64,000 nt of DNA from Gekko japonicus (lineage: Eukaryota): NCBI RefSeq assembly GCF_001447785.1, contig NW_015162009.1, positions 62,001 to 126,000 of the forward strand. Reading direction: 5' to 3'. The notes beneath the pieces were generated by a model. The model did no database searches and was not told the DNA's origin. It was given only the letters and a program-made list of their open reading frames with translations. Below, in pieces: positions 48,804 to 60,297 of this stretch. Position 1 is the first letter of the stretch. The number at the start of each line of letters is the position of its first letter. Made by a program: the position numbers and the translations under genes.

Positions 48804-48990
48804 GCCCTGACCTTGATAGCCCAGGCTAGCCAGATCTTAGAAGCTAAGCAGGGTCAGCCCTGGTTAGTATTTGGATTGGAGAACACCAAGGAAGTCCAGG
48901 GTTTCACCACAGAGGCAGGCAATGGCAAACCACCTCTGAACATCTCATGCCTTGAAAATCCCACAGGGTCACCATAAGAGACAGTGTCAT
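48804..48990 (+). mobile_element. 5S rRNA-headed SINE with RTE/BovB-like tail
   Basis: AGATCTTAGAAGCTAAGCAGGGTCAGCCCTGGTTAGTATTTGGATTGGAGA matches the 5S A box/IE/C box region; followed by GAGGCAGGCAATGGCAAACCAC..TGCCTTGAAAATCC. Confidence 0.82.
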
Positions 48991-50049
48991 CTACAACTCA
49001 TCCTCGGATCTGTAGTTGATTGTTTCCTTTCATTTTCCTAGTGTTTTCGTGATGTACATACAATTTGGGTTTTTTTACAGACAGGCATGTGATGAACAGA
49101 CACGTGGAAATGAATGTGTGAGACAGAGACATATACCACTGATTCATTTTTTTCTGCCATGAATATGGATGATGATATGTGGTTGAGATCACATACCAAC
49201 TAGTGCACACAAAAAAGGGTATGTTCATCACTACAGTAGATGATGGCTTAACTCTGCTGTCCAGACCCTTGAATGGGTGGGGTCATCATGAGGGATTCAG
49301 GTCATCACCCCAGGGTTTTTTAGCTACATTATGTAGCGGATGGATCTTCTGACTTCTCATCAGTGAGCCTCTAGTTCTTCTTAAGCTTCTGATAGTCTAC
49401 ATCAGGGTTAAATCAACTTACACTCTGCAGCAGAGTGTTTGGACACATGCCTTCTTTTCAAAACACCGAGTCCTTTTATATTGTATCCTATAACCACAGC
49501 AAGAGAACAGATTGCAACCAATCAAAATAATGTATAAAAGGCAACATTTCCAAAAATAAATGAAACCAATTCATACAAGCCCCATTCCAACAGAGTGCGA
49601 TGCTGCAAAAGGACCATTCCACTATCTACATATCTTAAATCCCAATTATTCGGTTCATCAGATTAACACGTCCAGACCTGTCACTGACTTTAAAAAGTTA
49701 TTACCGTCATCCATAGAGAGGCTGTTTCCATGCTACAGATGGCTCTCGTTTATTGGCCACCTTAATGACTTGTTCTTATCTAATCTGTCATATGGCATTT
49801 AGTTGTCTTTATGAACTTTTGAAAGCATTGTATCAATCTTCTAGAGTTACTAATCAATGTGGTTGTATAAAAGAAAAGAAAAAGAGAGGGAGAGTGGGAG
49901 GAGAAGGACAAAAAATGTCCTTCATTGCAACATTATTTTTGCATTCAAAACGCTGCCCATTTTGACATGCCTGTTGTGAAATGTGTCACACCAATTTTTT
50001 TGTTAAAAAATCTAAATTATACATTCTGTGCTCTAATCCCAACAGCAAA

Positions 50050-51800
50050 TGACATCTTCTTCAAGTGACTTGAGCTCCGGGAGACGCGAGCCAGTGCCTG
50101 TGGCTGGGAGGGGGTGCAATTGTCTGCACCACCCCCAGAGCCCTTGCGTTGGGCTCCCAGCCATGGGGCACTAGGAAAGCTCTTCCTCCAGCGACTTGTC
50201 AGCAAAGGGGGGCTTCTCCATGCCCCAAAGGTCCCACTGCAGAGCATCCGCAAATAGAACTAGGAACGCACACCAGGACAAGCGTTTCGTGATCAAGCAA
50301 ATTGTGATGTAAAGCAGTCTCATCATTGAAATGTGAATCAAGGTTCAAGCGAAAACACCTGAAAACTAGCTGAAAGCCTCCCCCTTGGGAAGCGGAGGGG
50401 GGGACTCCCTCCCGATAAGAAAAATAAACAAACTTTACACATAAGAAGAAGGGGGGGCTATAAAAACAAGGTGGACTGAAATAAAAGGACATTTAAGAAC
50501 TTACCAGATTCTTGTAGGGATTCTAGAGACTTTGATAACTTTTATGAAAAGTAAACAATCTCAAACATGGCGCTGAAGGAGAAGAAGGACAAGCAAGCGA
50601 AACTGAAGCCTCTTGCTGGAAGTGCCAGCCCAGCGAGTTCTGTCCCTAGACAGGACACGACTGCACACCTTCAAAGGATGCTGACTGAGGCGTTGTGCCC
50701 TCTGCTGGAACAAGTTACAGCATTGCACCAAAAGCTTGATATGCAACAAACTCAACTTAATGAGAATGTTAAAAAAATGGAGAGAAGCTCAAAAAACAAC
50801 TGCAGGTGATGGAGAAAAAGAGACTAGCCAACGAGTCTCATTTATTGCAGCTGCAAATGGAAAGAGCAAGCTATGTCCTGAGATTTCAAGGAGTTCCTCA
50901 GGAGAAAGGAGAAGGTCTAAAGCAGGTGATGTGTGATGCTATTGCCCCGGTAACAGATATTAAAGCGGATATATTACAAAGTGAAACAGATACAATCTAT
51001 AGGTTGTATTCTGAATTTACAAGAAAGAATAATCTGCCCGGGAAAGTGATGGTGAGTTTCTCCAGAAGACAAGTGAGAGACCAAATTCTTAAAGCTACAA
51101 GAGTAACGACCTTGAAGATTAAGGACAAAGAAATTAAAATTTTAAAAGACATTCTGTTTAAAATAAGAAAGAAAAGAAAGAAATTCAGAGAGTTGGTACT
51201 ATTTCTTCAGAAAAATAACATCCCCTACAAATGGAATGTGCCCGAAGCCATAATCTTCAAATTCAAGGACAAGAAAGAAAAAATTGACTCTGTTGAAAAG
51301 GCATTGGAGTTTTTGCAGCAGCATAATTGACCAGCAGGGAAAGAAGATAAAGAGAAAGATGACAGCACCAAGGAGAGTGATGAAGAGGGAGCAGTGGCAT
51401 CTTCGGATGAGGACTCAGATTCAGAACTTGGGGCGGCAGCCCCAAAAACAAGCTATCAGTTGAGGGGGGGAAAGGATAGATATTGAGTTGTTATTGTTTC
51501 TAGAACTCTTTATAATGATTATTAACCATTTATTAAATTGCTTTTTATTAAGGCAGATGCGCAGGTGTTATAGTTTGCTTTAATTTCAGTATGAAGATTA
51601 TGGTTGACCACCATCAATGAACTTTAATCGAACTTTAAGCTAGAAGCTAATTTTACAAGCATTATGTATGATCACCATCTCTTGGGTTTGTAGTGGGTTT
51701 TCTTTACTTTCTCCCATAGTTTGTAGATCCCTTCCCTAATTTCGTTGTAGTTTATAGAAAATACAATAAAAAATCCCCTACGGGGGGCTAAAAAAACGAA
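50050..51800 (+). mobile_element. ORF1-only L1-derived retroposon (half-L1/HAL1-like)
   Basis: About 500-bp 5' leader with GC-rich start, ORF1, about 300-bp AT-rich 3' UTR, AATAAA at 51765 and A-run at 51790; no ORF2 sequence; 5' boundary approximate and no TSD found. Confidence 0.65.
50567..51486 (+). pseudogene. L1 ORF1p-like RNA-binding protein (coiled coil, RRM, CTD) with acidic tail; one frameshift and one in-frame stop
   Basis: AACATGG start; heptad-rich N-terminus; VLRFQGVPQ (compare L1 NLR..GVPE), DTIYR, PGKVMVSF..RDQILK, IKILKD..IRKKRKKF..L.KNNIPYKW..P; frameshift near 50771-50781; TGA at 51328-51330 followed in frame by PAGKEDKEKDDSTKESDEEGAVASSDEDSDSE...RY*. Confidence 0.85.
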
Positions 51801-52566
51801 AGATAGAATACCCTGTGGAATTCCTAAAGTAATTCAGCAATTTGGTCGATTATTTTTAATGGATTATTATCAAGTACCGATAATGTTGCTGTTTAAAGAT
51901 ATAAACAAATTGATCCTGTTGCTAGTAACAGATTTCAAGATGTAAATTGGTAAGTAGAGATGTTAGTGGATTTGGAGTGAAACTGTGAAGCACCTTCTCC
52001 TGGAGCCACACTGCCACTGGTGAGGCTAGGCTACTGTGATGTTGGTGCGGCTCAGCTGGTTCCTATCATCTTCTGATCCAGAAGGATGTGATGGGCATGA
52101 CCTATACCTGTTATCATGACTGCTAGCTGCATAGAAACAGGGCCACAGTGGTGCTGCCAGAGCCAGAGGTTCTGTCTTGCTTTTGGTCACCGGTTGTACA
52201 GAAGAATTTAACAGGTTTAACCTACACCTGTCATCACCACCCAGCCCCATGCTGCCACTCTCCAGAGCTGAGCTGAACCTCTCTGACATTACCAGAGCTG
52301 CAGGTGCACAGCCAGCTGCAGGCAGCATGGGACTCTCTGCAAATTTCTGTTCCTGCAATCTAGTGGGGGCAGAGAGGAGGGAAAGCAAAGTGTGCTGATA
52401 GGAGGCTTTGATGGAAGAAGGTTTCTTTTCTTGCATAAAAACTCATTTAAGTGCTGAGTTCTGGACAGCTGGCACTTTTACAGGGATAAGAAGATGTGTG
52501 CTTTTGAACAACAAAAGCAACTAATGGCTGAACTCATTCAGGTGATGTTTATTCCGGGCTATCCAT

Positions 52567-52783
52567 GGACCTGGATGGCTAAGGCCAGCCCAACCTCGCC
52601 AGATCTTAAAAGCTGAGCAGTGTTAGTCCTGATTAGTATTTGGATGGGAGACCACCAAGGAAGTCAAGGGTTGCTATGCAGAGGAAGGCAATGGCAAACC
52701 ACCTCTGAAATGCTCTTGCCTTGAAAATCCTACAGGGTTGCCGTAATCAGGCTACAACTTGATGGCATGTTCTACCACCACCA
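52567..52783 (+). mobile_element. 5S rRNA-headed SINE with RTE/BovB-like tail
   Basis: GATTAGTATTTGGATGGGAGACCACC (5S C box), then GAGGAAGGCAATGGCAAACCAC...ACTTGATGGCA and (CCA)n. Confidence 0.82.
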
Positions 52784-53000
52784 TTTAGTATCTGAACCAT
52801 GGAAGATCCAAAGGTTCAGTGGTTAATATTGGAATTCTAGACACTGACGTCAGGGATAGTTTAGTCTAATTCTAAGAAATGGCTTGTCCATGTAGCTAGG
52901 GGAAGTGTGTGTGTGTGTGTGTGTTATGATCCAGCTGAAGGATTCTTCAACATGTCTCAGGCTCAACTGAATAGAGGTTCTGAAAGAATGTAGATCAAGA

Positions 53001-53346
53001 TGTGTAGAAAAGAGCAAGAGTCCAGTAGCACCTTAAAGATTAACAAAATTTGTGGCAGGGTATCAGCTTTCGTGAGTCACTGCTCAGTTCTTCAGATACA
53101 GCTAGAATGGGAGTCCATCTGTCCTATTTAGTGGAAAGAGATTTCAGATGCCTAATGACATTACCAGGCAAATAATAATAGCAGGAGAATGACAATAGCA
53201 GGTGTGATTGGATTTAGGTGAGATATGCCAAGGGGTAATAGACATGGAGAAATCAGCATTGATAATGAGACAGGAAACCTGAGTCTCGATTCAATCCAGG
53301 TGGATGCATTGTCTTGAGCTTCATTATCAATTGCAATTCAGCAGTG
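53001..53346 (-). mobile_element. Penelope-like retroelement terminal fragment
   Basis: GAGTCCAGTAGCACCTTAAAGATTAACAAAATT end, hammerhead motif, and an ORF end reading ..AELQLIMKLKTMHPPGLNRDSGFLSHY on the minus strand (GIY-YIG C-terminal type). Confidence 0.85.
53060..53099 (-). ncRNA. Minimal type I hammerhead ribozyme motif (probably inactive copy)
   Basis: Minus strand GUAU-CUGAAGA-A-CUGAG-CAGUGA-CUCAC-GAAA-GC-UG-AUAC: stem I, core, stem II, GAAA, vestigial stem III. Confidence 0.75.
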
Positions 53347-53500
53347 TCTGAAAGAATGTAATTAATGAAGGGAGGGGCCATGGCTGAGTGGTATTTTTCC
53401 TTTGCATGCAGAAAGTCCCAAATTCAATCCCTGTCTTCAATTCATTCAGGCTGTTCCATTGCTCTAGAAAAGGAACAGTAATTGGCAGAAGACAGACAAG

Positions 53501-53861
53501 AGGCACGATCACACCACAACATCTGGGAAGCGGCGCGCACCTGTCCCTGATACATCCCTTCCGGGCAAAACTGTGCATAACCCCCCCAAAAAACACTACT
53601 ACCTACCTGAAAATCCGCTGCAGGGACGGCCGTCTGATCGCCAGCACGCCCATCTCTCCTGCAGCATGCGAGGTCCTGCACGTGCAGTGGGCTGGCCTCG
53701 CTCTCCGGTCCGTGGCTTCCTCCCGGCATCTGATTGTGCCGGGGAGGACCTGCGCAGCAGCTGTGGGGATCTGTCTGATCCCGCTGCCACAGGTCTCTTT
53801 TGGTGCAGCTCAGAAAAGCTGCACTTTGGCCGCACCTATTTCCCCCAGCGTGACCAGGGCC
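53501..53861. mobile_element. CpG-rich putative MITE, related to about 6445-6515
   Basis: GGCACGATCACACCACAACATCTGGGAAG matches the reverse complement of CTTCCCAGATGTTGCGGTATGATCGCACC near 6490; imperfect TIR; AAG on both flanks. Confidence 0.5.
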
Positions 53862-54954
53862 AAGATTCAGCTGACAGGCAACAGGCAGGTTTCATGGGAA
53901 ATTCACTCCCTCAGAAACGAAAGGATTAGGCATAAAGACCTTGTGTGCAGTCTCTTCCTTGATACATATACCCAAAGCCTTGTAGGTGACAGGAATGGAC
54001 AGAGCACAAAACAAAGGACTGTGTGGGAAAAGGTTTTAAATAAGGAAATCAACTACAGTATTTTACAAAAGTACAATTAATATTTATGGGCATATCATCT
54101 GTGGCAGAAGCAAGATGCGTCCTCAAAATTGAAATGTGTCCTCCCTATCACAAACTCTCCTCACAAAGACTGCCCTGAGAAGGGCAGCTTTGAGGATGGG
54201 CTCCTTTGAATGAAGTGATCTTTAATGTCACCTCCCATCTCACCTCAGTAAGTTTTATTCACAGGGAAGTCAGAGCTGACAACCAGTTCCCTTCAGGTCC
54301 TCCTGACACTTCTAGAAAAAGGAATAAAACCATTAAAGGTGACCTACAAAAGCAATTGAAAATGGGTTTGTGTAGTTGACACAAAGAGAAGCTTTGCCAT
54401 TGACTGAAAGGAAATCAGAGGGAGGTTGGTATTGGAGATTATTTTGAGTGGACAACAAACACACAAGTTAGGTGTTCTGTCTGAGTGAAATCTATAAATG
54501 CATCTATAAACGCACAACTTTATTTATGCATGTCTGCCATTGATTTGTGGGGATGAAGAGGGCCTATGGAAGCAAAGTGGTGAATTTGTTTTCTAAATAT
54601 GATGACGCTGACAGCCACCAGGCACTAAACACATTAATACAAAGAAATCTTTAATAGGACTGAGTGGTCATGTACTGAATGGGAAGATTCTATTACAAGG
54701 GAGTGGCTCAGACTCTGCCTAAGCAATTTTTAATCCTACCTTTCTTCCCGGGAGCTGAGACAGTGAACATCACCCCTCCTCCATTACGTCCTGCGAGGTA
54801 GACTGGGCTGAGAGATGGTGACAGTCCCAAGGTCACCCAATAAGCTTTCTGGCTGATTTGAATCCTGGTCTCCCAACTCCCAATGTGATACTTAAACCAC
54901 TACATCATGTTGCCTTTCACTAGTTAGATTAGAAAGAGTGATTTCAAAGAGTGA

Positions 54955-55267
54955 CATTCACTGCCTGAGGAGGTGGCAGCGGCTACAAGCATTGATGGCT
55001 TCAAGAGGGAATTAGATAAGCATATGGAGCAGAGATCCATCAGTGGCTAATAGCCACAAGGTATAGATAGGGACTCTCAGGCTGGGGCAAGTGATGCTCC
55101 GTCTTCTTGGTGCTTGGGTGGGGGCAACAGTGGGAGGGCTTCTAGTGTCCTGGCCCCACTGCTGGACCTCCTGGTGGCACCTGGTATTTTTGGCCACTTT
55201 GTGACAGACTGTTAGACTGGATGGGCCATTGGCCTGATCCAACACTGGCTTCTCTTATGTTCTTATG
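54955..55267 (+). mobile_element. CR1 LINE 3' end
   Basis: SLPEEVAAATSIDGFKRELDKHME-type ORF end; CTGGATGGGCCATTGGCCTGATCC; (TCTTATGT)n tail. Confidence 0.88.
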
Positions 55268-55660
55268 TTAGAAGACCCAGCCAGAGAGCAAAAGTTCCAT
55301 GGAGAATGTGGCTTGAGCTTTCACATCAATACAACTTTAATTCTGTAGATGTAAATGTATTTCAAATGATCAAGACGGGTTCTATTCATTCTACTGTGGC
55401 TGTCAACATGCCCTTGTGAACAGGAGGTGACACTACATTTGATACAAGAAATAAGATGAGAGACATAAAATTCTAGTTAGGAGAGGCCCAATTCATCCCC
55501 ACCTGACCCCACTGAAGGTTCTCTTAGTGAAGTGCTGCATTTCTGGAGGTGCCCACGACATCAGATGTAGAAGATATGGAGTACAGAACATAGGTCCCAT
55601 GGTTTCATGACAATGATACATACTGTTTTAGGAAACCTGACTGTGTATTCAGGAGGTTCC

Positions 55661-55706
55661 TCCATCCATCCATCCATCCATCCATCCATCCATCCATCCA
55701 TCCATC
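55661..55706. repeat. (CATC)n microsatellite
   Basis: Direct reading. Confidence 0.95.
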
Positions 55707-56004
55707 TACATAGCTCTTCAATAGTTTCCAACCATGAGAATGTAACTCAATGTTTTGCACATTTAATGAGAAGACCGCAGCCCCTCTGACTCAGACCTGG
55801 CCATCATCACCCTTAACTTTCAAAGAGACTGTAGTGAGTGCATTACCTTTGAAGACTGTTCCTAGTCACAGCAGTCAGTGAACATGACAGCTCGTCTCCG
55901 AGACAGACTGGGTAAACCTATAAATGGGTCGACTAACTGCCAACCCCTGCACTGCCGCTCTGTTGCAGAGGCAACCAGCTGTCACCCCTTCATGGTTAAA
56001 GTTT

Positions 56005-56570
56005 TTTTTTATTTCTTTGTTTGTTTGTTTGATTGATTGATTGATTGATTGATACCCCGCTGACCCCACCAAAGCAGGCTCAGGGCGGCTTACATAAAAG
56101 TTAAAACAAATAAAACAGAGCATTTATAAAACTGTGCTAGGGTACAATCTTGCATAAGCAATGGCGAAGCACAGTATCGAATCAGTCATAGTGGGAGTAC
56201 AGTCTGCAGTGATTTTAGAACTATTGTCTCAGTCCCAAGTTAGTTTCAGTTTATGCCAGTGAGGCACAGGCTGCTGCTGACGGTTCCAGGGCAAAGGGTC
56301 TTAAGTCTATATTCAGCTATTAGGTGCAGCTCTTCGGTCAAATGTCTGGTGGAAGAGCTCCATCTTGCATGTCCTGTGGAACTGTAAAAGGTCCTGCAGA
56401 GCCCTAATATCTTCCGAGAGCTCATTCCACCAGTGTGGAGCCACCACAGAAAAGGCCCTGGCCCTAGTCAGAGCAAGCCTGGCCTCTTTAGGACTAGGGA
56501 AAGCCAGATGATTTTGAGACCCTGAATGCAGTGCTCTCTGGGGAACATGTGGGGAAAGGCAGTCCCATAA
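56005..56570 (-). mobile_element. L2 LINE 3' end
   Basis: GGCTCAGGGCGGCTTACA terminus with (TTGA)n/(TTTG)n tail; GAGCTCATTCCACCAG..GAAAAGGCCCTGGCCCT as in the 37388 copy. Confidence 0.85.
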
Positions 56571-56912
56571 AGGGCTTCACTGGGACATCATGAGCTATAC
56601 AATCATCTGGGTTTTCTTAGGCAGGTTAATGTGTTCATGGAGTTGTGTATAAAAATTCCCTGGATTTTGGATCCACAAATTCTGGGTCTTGTTTCCAAAG
56701 TGGAACCATTAGGAATCTCCTATTGCTCCATTTTCAGTTTCCAAATGTTTCACAGAACAATGTGTATGCACAGCTTGCTGCAATTTATGGTTGCTGAAGT
56801 TCTTTTGCAGCTTTATTTTTCACAACTGTGTTACCATTTTGTGGTGCATTGATAATACACTGTAAAAGTTATGTGACTGCATGCATTATTCCTTCACAAT
56901 GCTTTTTAGAAG

Positions 56913-57190
56913 TAGAAGAAGAGAAGAGATTAGATTTATACCCCGTCCTTCACTTGGAGTCTCAGAGCGGTTTACAAACTCCTTTCCCTTCCCCTCCCCA
57001 CAACAGACACCCTGTGAGGTGGGTGGGGCTGAGAGAACTCTGACACAAACTGTTCTTTTTCAAGGACAGCTGTTCCAGAGCTTGTGACTGACCCAAGGTC
57101 ACATCAGCAGGTGCAAGTGGAGGAGTGGGGAATCAAACCCGGTTCTCCCAGATTAGAGTCCACGCACTTAACCACTACACCAAACTGGCT
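56913..57190 (-). mobile_element. Squam3-type SINE
   Basis: Homology to other copies. Confidence 0.88.
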
Positions 57191-57589
57191 TTTACCGATA
57201 TGCAGGAGTACATGAACACCTCAGTAACATGCTGCATAAAAACAATTTTGATGCTATCCTATGTGCAACTGTGTCAATACTTTTATTTTGCAGAAATTAT
57301 AATTGTGCTTCAGTAGTATAAAGGAACGGATGCAAATGAAGTGAAACAAGTCAGCGGCACCAAGTGCCATGCACTCCAAATCTGGAAAATTTGTAATTAA
57401 TATAATTAATTTTAATTTGATTAGTTCTCTAATCAGTCCCACCTGACTTTTGCATTTCTGGAATGGTAGAGGAAGATGGCTCAAGACAGCAGGTGTACAG
57501 GAGCAGAATGCAGGGTGGAACAAAATTACAGAATAATAAAGGAAGGAATCAGGAAAGGGGGGGCATCTTCTTATCCAGACAGACAGCAT

Positions 57590-57815
57590 CAGAGCTACGG
57601 ACTCTAATCTGGAGAACCAGGTTTGATTCCCCACTCCTCCACATGAAGTGGGCTGGGTGACCTTCGGCCAGTCACAATTCTCTCAGAACTCTCTCAGCCC
57701 CACCTACCTCACAAAGTGCCAGTTGTAGGGAGAGGAAGGGAAGGAGATTGTAAGCCACTTTGAGTGTCCTTAAGGTAGAAACAAAGTGGGGTATAAAAAC
57801 CTTCTTCTTTTCTTC
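57590..57815 (+). mobile_element. Squam3-type SINE (short variant, 5'-clipped)
   Basis: GGACTCTAATCTGGAGAACCAGGTTTGATTCCCC through GGGGTATAAAAACCTTCTTC. Confidence 0.85.
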
Positions 57816-58437
57816 TCCCTAGTAAAGATGGCTCTTACCACAAGAAGTTTAACTTGGTCTTCCATTTACTCACCTGAGGAGGGTATTTGCTTGCCCCAGC
57901 TACAATTTCCCTTCCCCAATGAATTAAGAAGTGGGAGAGAAAAAAATGTTTCCACATAGTGATGCTCTGAGAATTTCCCCTAGCCTCTATGGTGAAGACC
58001 ATAGAGACAGCCTACATTACCACCCAGAAGTGACATATTGTCTCCAAACTTCATCCTCCACAGGCACTCCCCCAAAATATAAATCTCCCGGCATTTGCTG
58101 AGGCAGTGTTGGGGACCCTGCCTCTACTGCAATTATGCACAAATTTTCACTGACAAAATTTTTTTTTACAGTAAAATTAAAGAATTCCACTTGAGGGGCA
58201 TCTATGTATGTGCTCTTGAAACAGGAGGAAAGGTGAGGGGGCACCTAGTGGGGAGAGGTGAATCTGGATGGCCACTGACAAAAATGGAAATGCACATTTG
58301 AGAAGCACATGTTCTGAAAACATCTTCCATAATCACAAAAACTTACAGCATGATCTTATCCATGTTTACGAAGCAAGCTGAAATTCACCAGGCACTCCCA
58401 AATAGGATGTTATGGTTCAAACCTGCCAGGGAATCCT

Positions 58438-58668
58438 GAAGGTAAAGGTAAAGGTTCCCTTGCTCGAAAGCCAGTCGAGTCCGACTCTAGGGTTGCGGTG
58501 CTCATCTCCGTTTCAAAGCCGAAGAGCCAGCGCTGTCCAAAGACGTTTCCATGGTCTTGTGGCCGGCATGACTAAACACCAATGCGCACGGAACGCTGTT
58601 ACCTTCCCACTGAAGTGGTACCTATTTATCTACTTGCAATTTCTGGGTTTCGAACTGCTAGGTTGGCA
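58438..58668 (-). mobile_element. Sauria SINE, 5'-truncated
   Basis: (AAGGTA)n tail; homologous to the 17530 copy; TSD GGAATCCT (58430-58437, 58669-58676). Confidence 0.88.
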
Positions 58669-59213
58669 GGAATCCTAGCTTCTGGCTAAGATGTTGTTAT
58701 CCCCAGATCTGAACATGCCAGGCTTGGCTACAGCTACGCAATGGAGAATGGATGCAACCTGCAAAGGCTATGGTGTCACTTGTTATTAATGTGCATGTTC
58801 CAGGTCTCAAAGACGAGCCTCCATGAGCCCAGGTCACTCGTTCTAAGATAAAGTAATAGAAATACAAAGCAACATCCAAAGAGTTCTGAGTCTCCGTCAG
58901 AGAGGAACAAAAGGCAAACAGAATCTTTGATCTTGAAACATGCAATGCAAAAAAGGAGATCACCTTTTTTTTAAAAAAGTAGGAGAGTTCATCTTTGTAA
59001 AATGTTGCAAAAGCCAATTGATAGTGCTGGCACAAAGCCCTGGTGTGATACAAGCAGCATTAACATGCCGGAACTGGGGAGGGGAGGGGGAGAGCTGAAT
59101 GGAAGCATTATTTTTTTTTAAAGTGCCTCAGCATTTCCCCCCCCCCATCAACTCTATCTACTATCTCATCCTTCCAAAGTGTGAATTAGCAGTTACTTGA
59201 AAAAAAAATGTGT

Positions 59214-59886
59214 CTCGTAATCACCCAGCAAAACCTGGCGGAATGATTGCAGTCACAAAGTTCATACACTTCAATCTCTCTGCGGAGTATTTACTACTAC
59301 AACCGAACCGGAAGTCTGGGAGTTCTGAATCTAGTTCCCAAGTCACTTTCCTGCTGTCAATACCAAGCACTAAAGTATCATTTCAAAGTCCTGATGATTT
59401 AGTGTTACCAACCTCCAGGTGGGGCCTGGAGTCCCCTTGAATTACAACTGATCGCTAAGACTACAGAGTTCAGCTCCCCAGGCAGAAACAGCAGCTCTGT
59501 GGCATCACACACCCCTGAGCTCCTTCCCCACAGAGGGCAGGAACTGGACTGCTTACCCTCATGTTGCGGGTGGGAGTGAAGGCTGCCGGACAACAGCATG
59601 CCTGTAGCCACCTATGGGGTTCATGGCTGAGCTGAGATCTGAACAAAGGACCTCCCAGTTCATACTTTCATTTGCCCAGAGCCATTGGCTTCTATGAGCG
59701 CCAAGCCTTCAGAGATGTCACATCTCTTCCCCTCCCCTCCATGTACCAAAAGCCAGATCAGAGATCTACCGCCTGCCCAAATTCACACTTACTTCTACAC
59801 AACCAGTTTGGCCGTAGTAGTAAATTCACTCTGGAGAGATTGAAGTGTATGAACTCTGCGACTGGGTATTGCTGGGTGATTACAAG
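59214..59886. repeat. Pair of about 110-bp inverted repeats (59214-59332 and 59776-59886) separated by other repeats
   Basis: Shared exact blocks GTAATCACCCAGCAA, AGTTCATACACTTCAATCTCTC (22 bp) and ATTTACTACTAC in opposite orientation. Confidence 0.85.
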
Positions 59887-60297
59887 GAGCGGCCAGGAAA
59901 CAGGGCTGTTTGCAGGTATATCCTGAGGACATTGGGTATGATGCGCCCACATCAACAGCCCAGGCCCGTAGGAGTGAAGCAAGTGGGCAACTACACAAAC
60001 GGCAGCATGGCTGCTTCTGCCACAGCTGATCCCATCTTTAACTTCCTCCGGATTAACTCATGTGTGCATGTGACACCTCGGAGGAGCCACCACCAGCACC
60101 CACTCACTTGGACTGCAGCAAGGGTAGAGATGCTGCATCCTCCTCTACTTCTCTGGCAGAGGTGCAAAGGGAGGAAAAGACGATGAATTGCTGCTACCAT
60201 ATGCATTTGCGCAAAGAGTTCAATCCCTTTGTGGTCCTAATCCAGCCAATACTGCTGCAGCAGTGGCTGGATCAGGGCCCTCTGCCCTCCCTTGGGA

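Noticed and set aside
48804-48900. 5S rRNA gene
   Set aside because: Divergent, lacks the authentic 5S ends and is fused to a LINE-like tail, so it is a SINE head
50567-51486. Functional domesticated L1TD1-like gene at this locus
   Set aside because: Frameshift plus in-frame stop; only sequencing error would rescue it
53388-54080. 230-aa ORF
   Set aside because: Runs across a SINE head, a GC-rich MITE and unique DNA, with no protein motif
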